From NCBI GenBank assembly GCA_010093815.1, contig ML996567.1: a stretch of DNA of 64,000 nucleotides; one strand, given 5' to 3'. This stretch comes from Pseudovirgaria hyperparasitica (lineage: Eukaryota). The translations under genes and the position numbers were made by a program. The notes below the pieces were generated by a model, which searched no databases, was not told the origin of the DNA, and worked only from the letters and a program-made list of their open reading frames with translations. Of the stretch, positions 12,717-25,556 are shown piece after piece. Every line of letters starts with the position of its first letter. Position 1 is the stretch's first letter.

Positions 12717-15058
12717 TCAAGGGCTATCCAATATCGAGACGCCAACCTCAAACTTCTTCGCCTTTAGTACCCGCTGTTTCTTCGTTGGGCTGCGCTGTTG
12801 CATCTCGCGCTCTAGATTCTCCAGCTTCCGCCTCAGCACATCATTCTCGTTCTCAAGCTCTCTGACTCGCTCATCAACACTCGGCGCTGCATCCTCGTGT
12901 ATCTTGACATTTTGTGTCAGGAGTGAGAGCTTCTGGTCTAAATGTGCATCGTTACGATCCGCTTCTTCCTCCCACGCCCACTTCCACCGTCTCCGCTCTT
13001 CATCGATCTTAGCTTCCATCTCGTCGTAGCACTCGGCGCGGACCTGTTGTTCGACTTCAACCATGCGCTCTTCGGCTGCTCGCCATGACGCTTCTGCGGC
13101 AAGACGGCGTTTTGCTTCTTCTTGGAAGCGCAGTTCGAGTATCTCCATTTCCTCGTTCAACCGACCGATTTCCTGCAGTGCATGGTCATGCTCATCGTCA
13201 TCTGGATCCGATTCTGCAGGTGAAGTCCGACCACTGCTGCTTGACATTTGCCTAGCGGTAGCAGTAGTACCCGAGAGAATAGTACTCGTGATAGACGGGA
13301 TTCGAGGGACTGTGACTTCGCGAGCTAGAGCAGAGTACCGAAGGATCTGGGAGGTGGCATTGAAGTCACCGATCGGATCTGCGTTTACAATCATAATGGC
13401 CTTTTGAGGGTTCCGATGCTGATGATGCTGAGACTGAACACTAAGCGATGGGAACGAATTCGAGAAAAGGAGTTCGGTAAGTTTGCACTGTCGGAATGGA
13501 ACTAGGTTTTGCTATGCAGCGTCAGTATACATGACAGACCAGAGTAAGAGGGATCACATACTCGGTTGCCGTCTTGATTGTCACTCTGCATCTGCATGCA
13601 TTGACCCAGATACATCAGACTCTCGTTGATCTTTCCGGCTTCTGCGAGAGTTGCGCCAGCAGTCTTCGCATTACGCGCACGTTCGGAGCCTGTCATGAGT
13701 GTGAGTCCAGACCATAGTATACTATAAGCTTACTCACCTGCAAGGTCAACTATTGTAAGGCCGTTTGATGTCCATGTGGTGGACTTGGTTGGGATGCGCT
13801 TCTTGACCTCCACGCTAAAGAAACCATGGCTCCTCGAGCTGACTGCGTTACTACCCGTGCCTGCGACTCGTCTCTCGATCAAACCCGTCTCTAGAACCAT
13901 CAGAGCTTCTTCGAGGGTGCCGCAAATAATCTTCCGTAGGCCTGCGACCACCTTCCGGTCTGGCGATAGTTCTGTTGATTTATAGAGTAGTGGTCGGCGT
14001 TTACCCACCCCAGCCTTGGCTGTTGCAGCGGATGGCGTAAGTAGGTCATAAATTCGGTCGTTGTATACTTCGTACATGGAAATGACGATTGCGTACTCGG
14101 CGTTTTCGTCGATTCTTACAGATATATCATCGACGCTCGGCGTTCGTGGTAGAGCCGTGACCTGTGGCATATGGCGAGATCGAGGGGGACCTATGAAAGA
14201 GCTTGCATCCTTTACATGCGAAGATCCTGACTTAGCAATACTTCTTGTAAAACGATGAAATATGTTGGCTACGCCATTCGCTGTAGGTATATATGACTTT
14301 GACATAATAGGAGACGAAGAAGATACAAGAGAGGTCTGACATGGCGGCTTGCTTAGTTGTATTGCCGGATACAAGCCGATAGAGGTCGAATGTAGTAAAG
14401 TATGAGACTCTTCTCCTACCATCATTGGTGTTTGGGCTCGAGAGGCCATTCGAGACTCTGCATGGCTCTCGCCATATATCGAGTCGAGATATATATATGC
14501 GGGCAAAAGCTGAGACTCGGACACGTCCGCCGCGGAAAGCGAGAAGACGGTTTGCGTAGAAGATGGAAGCGCTATTCGATCTGAGAGATTCCTGAAGATT
14601 ACGTCAAGTGACATTTGGGTGATTCCACGTTGTGATTTGGTCCCAAGGATCGTGTGGCTCTGCGACGCATTAGGCTCTTCCAAGACATATTTTCAGTATT
14701 ATGAGCACTTCGGGCGCACCTTTCCTGAGCCAGTCACACCGAGTGTAGCCAACAGTCCATCTCTTGACGCTCTCTTGTCTGTTCCCAATACCCCCTCAAT
14801 CAACGACAGCATGCCTGTATCCTTGAACATGTCGAGCTGCGATGCATTCTCCTCAAATACTCTTGTGAAAGCAAATTTCTCAATGGCTCTTTTCCGATGA
14901 TCATTTGCGGTTGGTCGGATTGTTATATGTGTCGGAACATTATCGCCGATATGTTCGACGTCGAGGAAGCGCTCATTGCTGGCGCTTGAAGGCCTCAAGC
15001 GCAGGAAAACATCGAAGAGCGCCGATGCTGGCCTTGGGGGTGGTTCCATATTGCTCAT
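12717..15058 (-). CDS. Kinesin motor protein, kinesin-6 (Klp9/MKLP)-like
   Basis: VFLRLRP, P-loop LGVTGSGK/SHT, SMYEVYND, NAVSSRSH, IVDLAG/SER, EAGKINESL, SQILRYSALA, then a coiled-coil tail. The long insertion after the P-loop region fits kinesin-6. Confidence 0.93.
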
Positions 15059-15484
15059 TGTTGAACCCGGCCGTCAACGAGCGTATAACTATTCGTCTGT
15101 CGAGGAAATGGATTATTCAGATAGGAGCATCGAAGTAATCGTGAATTGCGGAGCCACTGGAGAGAACGTCTAGGACGTAGGACGTGTTTGGGTTCATGCG
15201 TTGCCCCAGCACCGAAGCTTTGACCACCATCACCACCTTATTACACCTCTGCAACTTTATTAGCGCGCTTCTTAGTAGTACGAGTCACTAGCATATTGCT
15301 TATAGTATTTATGTACAAGATAACGCGAAATACGTACATCTAAGTTCCCTCCCTTACAACCCTTGATATTACATATATACTTCCGGTATCATTGCTGTAC
15401 AGTCGAGGCGAGCTTTTGGTGTAATTAATCCCACCCTACGACATATGTTTGGGTGCGCCTTCCAAGACAGGTCTGTCTTATCTC

Positions 15485-18400
15485 CTATGCCGTATCAAAA
15501 GTTCCATCAGTACCTTTAGATGCAGGGGAGTCATTACTAGGAGCGGGTTGGGGATTGTATCGCCATACTGGCAGTTCTTTCCCTCGTTGAGGGGTTTTGT
15601 TTCTCTCGTTGTTCCCTGCTTCGACAGATGCGTCGTCGTCGTGACTACTCCGGCCAGGTAAGTCCTTAGCATAATGAACTCTGATCCTCGGCTGTGTCGT
15701 GTGATGGGCCCGGGACTTAAATGTGGAGTCCGTAGCAGATAGAGATTCCTGAGTGTCGTCTACCACTGGCGTCTTGACCCTTCTCACAATCTCGTCAATG
15801 GTCTTGGGCTTAGATTGAACGTCTGGGTCGGACGGAAACTTCCGACCAAGCCAGTCTCGGCGCGCATGCTCATAGCCAGTCAAGGTTGGCTTGATCCCAT
15901 CACGTTCAGTGATGTATTGCTTGCGATGCTCGATGGCAGTCCTGACCCATGATCCCATCTCCTTAGAATACAATGGAACGACCTCCCCATGGTCCTCTGG
16001 GTGACGAGCCGGCAACGATGTGCCATCTCCGTTCCTCTTTCCCGAACTTGTATTAACTTTCTGGATAGATGAGTCAGATGCGGTGTCGCTTTCCTCTGCC
16101 ATGGCAGACTCACCACTCCCGCCCTTGACCTCCTCATTAACTCCTTGTAGTCTTCGGGCTTGCGACCGTATTTGGCGCCGCAGCTTTGTCGCAGCCGTTC
16201 CAGTAATGCCGCTGGGAGTATTTGGCAAGCCGCCAAGGGCTTCTATGCTAGCTCGTGCATGCGCGTGTGCCCGTTCGATAGGACTAAGTGGGCCGATTGT
16301 CGGTTGAATTTGTTTCTGACGGGCATGCTCAAAGCGTCGGCGGCCACTTATAGTGTCAGATTTGGGTACATATGAAAGCTTCTTATCGTTGGACGCGGGC
16401 TTGGATTTGACGCGTGGGTTACCCTGGGTTCTGTCCTCAGGGAACTTGAACCCCAATTGGTTCGATCGCAGATACTCTATGTCATCGGTGAAAGCGCGAT
16501 CCACAGGAATTGGAATGTTGGGACCAGAAAGGGCAAGCTTGTGAGATTGCGCAGTCTTAATTAAACGTTGGGCGTTTTCTAATAGCTCAATCATGTCTTG
16601 GACGAAAAGCCGTACTTGTTGTTCTATCGGGCCGCGTGCTTGCCTATAAGATACGAAGTGAGCGAAAGGGAGTTCGTCAGTTTTCCGTAACCTTAGGCTG
16701 GCGTTAAACTTCTTGATGATTGCAAAAAGTATCTGTATGGCGGTGGCCATATCTGATGTGCTCCAAATTCGCTCAGGCTGCGACTTCAATAGTCTGCTGT
16801 AGGCAACGGAAGCAAAAACATCGGGATACGGCTTGCTGTACTGAAGCATATATTTCATAATTTGTGATGCATGCGTAATCACTGACGGATCCCTGTGTGC
16901 GAGCGTGCAAGTCTTGATTGCATTGCGGAATAACGAATGATCGAAGGAGCCTTCTTCGATAGCGGGCAAGTACTTGTCTAAAGCCTCCCTGGTCCCTTCG
17001 GCTGAGCGTGCAAATTGATGCTGTCGTATAATCATTGTTAAGCTCTCTCCATTCGGTGTCATATCGAAATTAGTCCCGTTCAAGAAGAACTCGGTATACC
17101 GCTTCCCGGTCGCATGATCCTCAAGCTTCTCGCAAGTCTCGCACAACAAGACTAGAAGCTGGTTAAGGTCGACTGTCGACAATGATTTCAAATCCAGTGA
17201 AAGAGCGGTGCCGTCCTCGAGGAACACAGGTTGGAATAAGTTTTCCGTCTCAGCTCGAGGAGCATTGTTTTCCGACGGCTCTGGGCCAAAAGATCCCATC
17301 CGGGGTTTATGTTCCTCAGTGGTCTGCAAGGAGTGATCCAACAATGGTATTCCCACGGTCTGACGAAGGAGCGCAAAAACGCTGCGCCAGTCATCAGAAT
17401 CCTCACTCTTGAGCAAAAGCCTGGCCATATCAACGATGAGCTTCACATCTACTTCCAGCTTTCGTTCTTGCCATTTGCTCAAGACATCTGCCCAAAAACT
17501 TTTGCCATGCACTAGGGCTTTCTGGCAGCGATCTTCGACCACAATAACCTCGTCTTTCTTTATCCTGCTGCATGCTCCTCTAGCAGGTTCAATCTCTGAC
17601 TTAGTCGTCTCTCTCTGAAGAGCTTTCAAGATGATGCCATATGATATATGATCGAGTGCACACTCCTTCTCGTCCGGTACATACTTCAATATGCGCCAAA
17701 GGCAGTCCATGTCCGGTATGGCAGCCGCAACATTCATCGCAGCGTTTAAGAGTATTGTCGTTGGTTTGATCGGGCTATTTGCCTTACTGTTCGCCAAGGA
17801 GACGTAGGCGTCGGATGCCTTGATCGCGAGGAATTTCTGCTCCGCTTTGACAACGTGTCGATCTTCATTACGTTCTCTCTGAATCCTACGAGCTCTTTCC
17901 AAATATCCAGTAAAGAAGGTCATATATGTATAGACGTCCGGCTTGATGCCACAGTTGATCATCTGTGCACCGAATAGGGTCAGTGCTAGTTCCAATTGTA
18001 ATAAGTCACTCAGTCCAATCATACCTCCCTCCTTGCCCGTGTCACCTTGGAGATGGATCCTCTCTCTCCTTTGATAAGTAAAAGTTTGGCGAAAAGCAAG
18101 TTCCAGCTCCCTACGGTGTTCATACGATAGCTGCATGACCGTAGTCTGGCCTGTATTTCCTCGTAGGATTCGTACTTGTCGGTTACATCCTTTTTATCTA
18201 GCAGCGTTCGTACAGTATGGAATAGCGTTATCGGGTCGTCTGTCAATTTGCATTGGTAGCTCAGGTATGCTTGGTGAAGAGTTTTCTTGTCCGATGTCTT
18301 GGCACGTCCTTGCTCGATGTTTTTGAACACAAAAGCCTGGTGTGTAGTCACGAGTCCTTTCTTGCGAGCCTCTTGAATGATGGGCTGGTAATCATCATAT

Positions 18401-18576
18401 AGTCTCTTTATGCTCGCAGCAACAGCGGCCGGACTTTTGTCCCTGGAATACGTGCGGCGATGGGAGGCTGTGAACGATGCGTGATAGGCCGGTGGTCTCA
18501 ACGATCGTCTCGCATAGACAGAAAAAGAGGTTGCATTAGCCTGAAGCATACGCAAGTAGCATGTATGATAGTACAT
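15485..18576 (-). CDS. Pentatricopeptide-repeat (PPR) protein, probably mitochondrial, with a long low-complexity C-terminal tail
   Basis: Two ORFs joined by an intron near 17960-18025: SWNLLFAK.../MINCGIKPDVYTYMTFF, ILLNAAMNVAAA, DHISYGIILKAL. Presequence-like N-terminus; start could be 18549 or 18576. Confidence 0.8.
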
Positions 18577-21500
18577 AGAGAGGGAAGTGATCGAGGTGGT
18601 CGCTCGGAGAGACGTCGAACATGGGTGAAGGCTCGCAAAGCTAGGTCGGTTCGTTCCTGGACGCGCTGCGTCAACTTTCTTGGACCCTGATATTGGTGGC
18701 CTCAGGCCACAATATGCCTAGCTTTTCCCGGCATTGCTTTATATCGGCGATACTTACACCTGCGACTTCATGGTAAGAATACTTGTGATATTGCTATTGC
18801 ATCGAGGGACTCGCATCTATTTCTGCCCTTTCTGACTACGCTCCACTAGCTGGACTGACTACCTGTCGAGGCAGACAATCATCACGGTATACAGGAAACT
18901 CTGTACATATGCCTGAATTCAATCACGACTAGTACAGGAGTAGTAGTAGTCAACAAGTGGTAGATAATAGTTGGTTTGGGCGGATGGTAACGCTTACGGT
19001 TAGCTATTGCGTCCGGCCGAATTGTTGGTGTTGGCGTATTTGCATAAGGCTGATCTGGGGGAGTCCTTGATAGTGGAACTGAGCAAGAGCTAGCGGACCG
19101 GCACGCTGTACACGGAACCGGACCACGGACGACTGAGACGGACCTATCCATCTCCCGTCTAGCACAACCACCATCAACAAACATACCTTGTTCCTCCCTT
19201 GCCGAGTCCACGCCACTTAGTGTACTCTAGTCATGCAGTAAAGACCTCCGAGTCGGCCACTAATTCGGCGTCTGTGAGCTGAAACCCGCCGAAGCGAACT
19301 CGACTCTCCCGCACAAGGCTAGACGCACGAACATTCTTCTTTGGCACCACTTCCATAGGCCTGGGCTCTAGCATCGATCCTAGGGCAGATCTCTTGACAT
19401 GGGGAGAGGGGAGGCAAGGCCATATCCCACCCACTTGGGGCGCTACGCTGTCTCTAAAGTAGCACATGGCTAGGGGAGGGTATTAGGTCGCTTTTATGGT
19501 GCGGCACAGTCCAGCAGTGTTGGTAGCACGAAAACGAACATCTGGGAGTAAGATATGATGTAGCACTAACGAATCATCGAGTCTCTTCGGAAGCAGCCGA
19601 ATGTTTGACGCAGGTGGGTGATGTATCATCTGTTTCGCTGAGGTGAACAGTGTGGTTGCAGTTCTGTATACTGTGTCAGAATGGTGCCATGCTTGCAGGA
19701 AATCTATATTTCGTATTTCGCGCGACCAACGTGTCATTGTCACCTTTCTCTGTCCTCTACTGGTGACAGAAGCTCCAATGCCGCCATTGTTGGGTATTAC
19801 AGTTGCAACGTAAGTTAAAGTCGACGTGTGGCTTTGAAGGTCGGTGGCCTTCGCATCGTCAAAATCAAAAGGAGACCTACGATCCACTGTAAGTGCTTTG
19901 TATAATCCTTGATTTAATCTTCAATAGTATCGGCATCCGGCTCTATGCGGCGTGCGGCCGGTGTGGCTGCGTTCTGCCGATAATAGCCCCTTTCTTGTTC
20001 CTAATTCAACAATTGTGCAATAGTGTTGAAGCCCGTGTGGCTGCTGTACAACGCATCGGAACATTCAGTTTGTGCATCAAATTTCTACACTGCACACAGT
20101 ACACGGCATACTGCGTACTTTGAGCGTTGACAGCTGTACGTGTAACCTTGCCTCCAGGACTGGACATATCATCTGACCATTGCTCCCTTGACCTTTCTTC
20201 AGATATCTGTGGATCCGGTTGATGGGTAACAACCATGATGATATCACGCGGGTTGGCATGGTCCTCGTTAAAGATCAATAATGCATGATAAATTAGGCTT
20301 TCTCCTAAGCGCCGTCCATTAAAGATGGCAAAGTAATGCTGCTTCACGGCTCGTTCTTACTTAAGTTTATTTTGGAGGATGATGCGGTAGTAATGGTACT
20401 TGTGTTTGCAAGACATGGCGAGTGTGCTGATTTATTAAGTGTTGGAGGCCCTTACCAGAGCCCTGGAGAGTGCTCCGCGACTCGTCTGACATCAGTCGCC
20501 TGCTACCACTGCCACTCCTACCTGTTCCTAGATCAACCTGAGCCCAGCCGTCAGGCTTATTCTATACGTACTGTGCTCACTCGATTCCGAGAGCACGTTG
20601 TACAGTCGCCCTCAGCCATGCTATGCTGTACAGCCATGAGACTCTATTCCAGCATTGCGACCAACTAATATGACACCACGTCTCACTTTTACATATCTAT
20701 ACCTCTGCCTGCTGTGTTCACATACACCGGAGGCTCGGATGCGACCTGGATTTCAGTTCTGTGTTGGTGAGCGTTACTGACTACGCGCTTCGCCATTTGT
20801 CACAGTCGTGTCTTTCTTCCACGTCATGCACTGACAGCGGAATCTCACCCTTCTGTACTGCCGGCCATGGGTCAACATTAGTCCAGCTACTCGCTCTATA
20901 CCTTCTGGAACAATTTGCGAGGTTGCACCGTCGTCCAGGGGCTCCCAGCATCGACATCAGTTGTAAGGGGTGCTCGAGACTGCCAGGAGCAGCCCACAAG
21001 AGCATGCAGAACAGGGCGCTCACATACTCCAAGGTCAGACAGGCGGTCAGCTGGTTGAGCATAAACCGATTGAACCGCTACACTCTCAAACTCACATTAG
21101 AGAGCGTAGAATTCACAACGGTTCTTTGCCGTCGTTGTTCCATGAAACTCACGGCAATGAAGTTCTCACGCTGACGGCGAATTTTCGTATTTTGGGCACA
21201 GTACTTAGCCGCCCGCACTCCCCTAATCGCCCATCACCCGCCCAAGTACTTTAACAAAGCTCCGTAGCGGACCCTCTCCTGATCAGCTAGCTTGGTGTTC
21301 TTTGAATCATGGCAATTAATTTGCCATCCGTATAACATCGTGTTTCCCATTGTTACATACCATTTCCGATATGTCAAAGTCTTCAAGCTTTTTACGTGTG
21401 TCTTCAGGCTATTAGGTACCACACTGACTTCGGCCTAACACACCACAAACCCAGTGATTGCATATGCGCATGAGGTGCTGCTTGTGTACAGATGACGGCA

Positions 21501-22519
21501 TCATATCACCACGGGAAAGGAGTCTCTTCTTGTTATCAAGTAGGAAACGGAAGTGACAGACATATCGATTATGTGACAAGGGCCCCTGATGTTAACGCTT
21601 GTTCTTCACCCTTCTCCCCCCTCCCCCCTCAGCCCAGCTAGCCACGAATACCCGTTGTTATTTTATTGGAGTCTAGCTCAATGCGGATCCCTGGACTAAT
21701 GAACGTGCTTGGTCATACGCTGGATACGAGTGAACACTAGTGTTTTATTGCCCTGCGAACACTATGAAATCTGTCATCGATAGTGTTTCATGGGAGATCT
21801 GGACGGGGGATGGATACAGCCAGAGTGGAGTTTAGTACCACCCGCCCTATAAGTTTCGAGATCTTGATCATAGAAGGGTTGTATATGAGCAGTCGTCGAG
21901 GAGCAGACCCAGCTACATTCAAACTACCACAGCCCGAGTCTCACTTTCTGAATTCCAACATCTCATTCGAGAACTTTATTATCAGTCCCTGCATACCGTA
22001 TCAGGCAAAAGGGCTACAGTGTATGCAGAATTGCTTATCTTCTGTCGTTAGTAGGACCAGGGCAAGCACAATATGGGGAAATTGTGCAAGGCGAAACTCG
22101 CTCCTTCGACCTCCTCATTGGTCTTCTCGAAGTATTGTTTTATTTCTACCACTCAGCTCAACGTGACATTCCAAAAGGGTTCCCTGGGGCTGCCTATCTC
22201 TGTTTCTTTCATCATGTGCCCTCTCTGTTCCCCGGCCGGCAGTTGACAAGGGAGCAGAACATGCCAGCCTGATCTCAGTGAACACGTCTCGTCGACAGTC
22301 CTCATGCTCGCTTGAAGGATAGGTTCCACTCACCGACACGGCACACACACAGCACAGCACAGCACAGCACCAATTCACACCTTCCGCACAAAAGCATCTC
22401 ACCAGCAGTGCCGTCATCACACACAAACGCACAAACAGCTAAACCATCCAACCACAACTACAGAGCAAGGCCCTTCCATACCTACTACGTAGCTATATCG
22501 CTTCCAAATCTCCGGGCCC

Positions 22520-22613
22520 CCTTCCTCCCTTCCTTCCTTCCTTCCTTCCTTCCATCCATCCATCCATCCATCCATCCATCCATCCATCCATCCATCCATC
22601 CATCCATCCATCC
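22520..22613. repeat. Compound microsatellite (CCTT)n(CCAT)n
   Basis: Direct reading of tandem 4-mers. Confidence 0.97.
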
Positions 22614-24736
22614 CACTCCCTTCCCCCCTACAGCTGCAGTATCCATCCGCCCACGCCCATGTGTGCGTACATGCAGCAAGCAGCATTCACACCGCACCGC
22701 ACCGCAGCACACCGCACCGCATCGCACTGCCTAGGCATGATATCTCCAACCCCCTCCCCTCCCCCCCCTCTCAACACCAGGGACTCGAAGCAAAAGCCCT
22801 CGTAGCGTGCAGCAGCAGCAGCAGCCTGCGTGCGAGACGGGCGACCAGTCATCTTTCAGACAATCCCCAGGGGGACACCCCTCTCCCCCCCCCTCCCCTT
22901 GCTCGTTTTTCTCCAGTTATGTCCCGGGGTTATTCACAGAGAGCGCGCCACATGAAAAGCTTGGTGTGTGTGGTGCGATGCGGTGCAGAAGAGTGCCGTG
23001 CAGCTGCAGTAGTCACAGTAGTAACTAGCAGCAGGCAGCATGACGACGCGGGGGGGTTAGTTCAGAGAAACGTCTCGAATATTGGCTGGTTTGTGTGATC
23101 TGCTTTGGTATTATTGTGCTGGACGTTGCATAACCTGGGGGTGGTGATAGTAGTGGTGGTGGTACTGCTGATGGAGCTTGTGGTATGTGATAGAAAGGTG
23201 TGAGAAAACGCAGTCTTTCTTTTGTGAACCACCGAGCCTCCCCCCCCCTCCTTGTCGCAGGCTGATGTGACGACGACGTGTTGTTCGCATGATGATGATG
23301 ATGATGACGATGATGCTCGTAGGCAGTGATTGGAATATAGAATTTTCTGACCTTGCACTGTGCTTTGTATGGGGTCTCGCCGAGTCAGCAGTCAGCAGCT
23401 GACTGACCATGGGCGGAATGGTCCTACATTACATTACATCTTCCAGACATCAACATCAACACCAAAGTCGCACGTCACGTCACGATACATATAGACAAGT
23501 CATGTACGTATACAAACCAGGCCATGTCCCAAGTAAACACGCTAGCATTACGCAACCAGCAGCACCTAATTAGTCCGTCGCCCAAAACAAAACCGCCCCA
23601 AAGTACCGGCAGACAGGGCCCAGCGAAGCAGCTAAACTGCTTAACCAACGCGCCCCGAGAGTGGGGTCCCGCGCGCGCGCGCACACAAACTAGGTCAGGT
23701 GCTTGCTCCGATCTCCAGCTAATGAACTAAGTAAGCCCTGCCTCCAACGGCCATCTACTAAAAGTAGGTGGTTTTGATATTGGGTGTATGTATTTATGTG
23801 TGTGAGTGTGTGTGTGTGTATGCGTGTATATACATACAAGACGACGGGAGAAAGACGGCCTTCGCCGCCACCACCACCACCACCACCACCAAGCCGCCCG
23901 TCGGACACGGCACGTTTGACGTCTGTTATTACTATGTATGTATATGGATACGCCCGGAGATGGAAGAACGAACTGATAGACGATGGAACGCGATAATTAC
24001 ACATCTGACAGAGGTCACTGCCGCTACAATGCAGCTTATCACAGTCCCGAGTCAGTCAATGAGTCGGTCAGTCGATCTACCACCACGCCTTACTCGTGGG
24101 CATATATGTACTATACACACACCTATAATATATCATCCATATCCATAGTACTGTATCATATCTTCACCCCCTTCTCCCCTTCCCCCCACGCACGCACACA
24201 CATACACACGCACGTATGTACATAAATACATACAAAACCCACACACACAACACACAAATCACAACGCACTCCTCCATTCACCCAATCCCACCACCCTACT
24301 ACTCCTATTATTACAACACCAACTACCGAACGCAAAAAACACCAAAAAAACAACGTTCGTTTCAGAAACCCTATTACCCACCTATTATATACCCCACCCA
24401 CCCACTCCATCCATACCCACCTATAAATCCACACGCCATACACGTGCCACACGCACACGCACACGCACATGCAATCAATCCTAAAGCGCGAAAAGAAAAC
24501 ACCGTTCTTCTCCCGTCTGGTTGACTGGTCTCTCCGACTGGTCGCGGGTGGATAAACGTCAGTCGTCAAATCGGCAATCCTACGTATACGTACACATGTA
24601 CACATACGTACACAGACACGTACAATTGTACAATTGTACAAACGAGACTGAAGTGATGACAGTTCCTATGACATGACCACTGATGACCGTGACAATGACA
24701 ACCTCAACCACGGGCATGACTGTGACCGTGCACACT

Positions 24737-24764
24737 GACAATGGACAATGGACAATGGACAATG
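24737..24764. repeat. (GACAATG)4 heptamer repeat
   Basis: gacaatggacaatggacaatggacaatg. Confidence 0.9.
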
Positions 24765-25200
24765 AAATGACACTCTACCCACCACTGACATGACACTCTA
24801 CCACCACTAGAATGACAATTCGTGACAATGACCAACCACACAAAGTACTCCTGCTCTTTGCTACCCGTGATCACTGCCCGCGCAGTCCGAAACAGTCTGC
24901 CCGCGCAGCAGCAAGCAGCCCAAGCAGCCCATGCAGCCCGTGCCCCCCTTCAAACATGTCATCACACAACACACACACAACACACACACACACACACAAC
25001 CCGTCATCATATCCAAATCCCCTCCCCACTCCAGAAACAAAAAGAAAAAAGCAAAAGTCAAAAACAAAGAAAAAAGGAATTTCGCGTCCGTCCAATCGAA
25101 ACCGATGTAATGTAATGATATCTTGTAATATATCTCGTCCCGTGCCATTCCCATTCCATCACAATCCACCAAAACCAGCCCAAGCCTCCCACCGTAGAGC

Positions 25201-25294
25201 GCAAGCAAAGCAAAGTAAAGCAAAGCAAAGCAAAGCAAAGCAAAGCAAAGCAAAGCAAAGCAAAGCAAAGCAAAGCAAAGCAAGCAAAGCAAGC
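25201..25294. repeat. (CAAAG)n pentanucleotide microsatellite
   Basis: About 17 near-perfect copies. Confidence 0.97.
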
Positions 25295-25473
25295 AGGCGC
25301 GTAACAAACAAACCCATGTCAAAAGTACCATTCACAGCAGCACAAAGAACAAAGAAAAGCATCCACTCAAGTCCCCGAAAGAAGTCCTAGTAAAGCTCAT
25401 CGTCATTATCATCATCATAATCATCGTATCAAATCTTCAAATCTTATCATATCATCATCATCATTTCAAATAC

Positions 25474-25556
25474 TCAATTCAATTCAATTCAATATCAATA
25501 TCAATTCAATTTCAAAATTCAAATTCAAATTCAATTTTCAAAATTCAAATTCATTC
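25474..25556. repeat. Degenerate AT-rich (AATTC/AAATTC)n repeat
   Basis: caattcaattcaattcaatatcaatatcaattcaatttcaaaattcaaattcaaattc... Confidence 0.85.
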
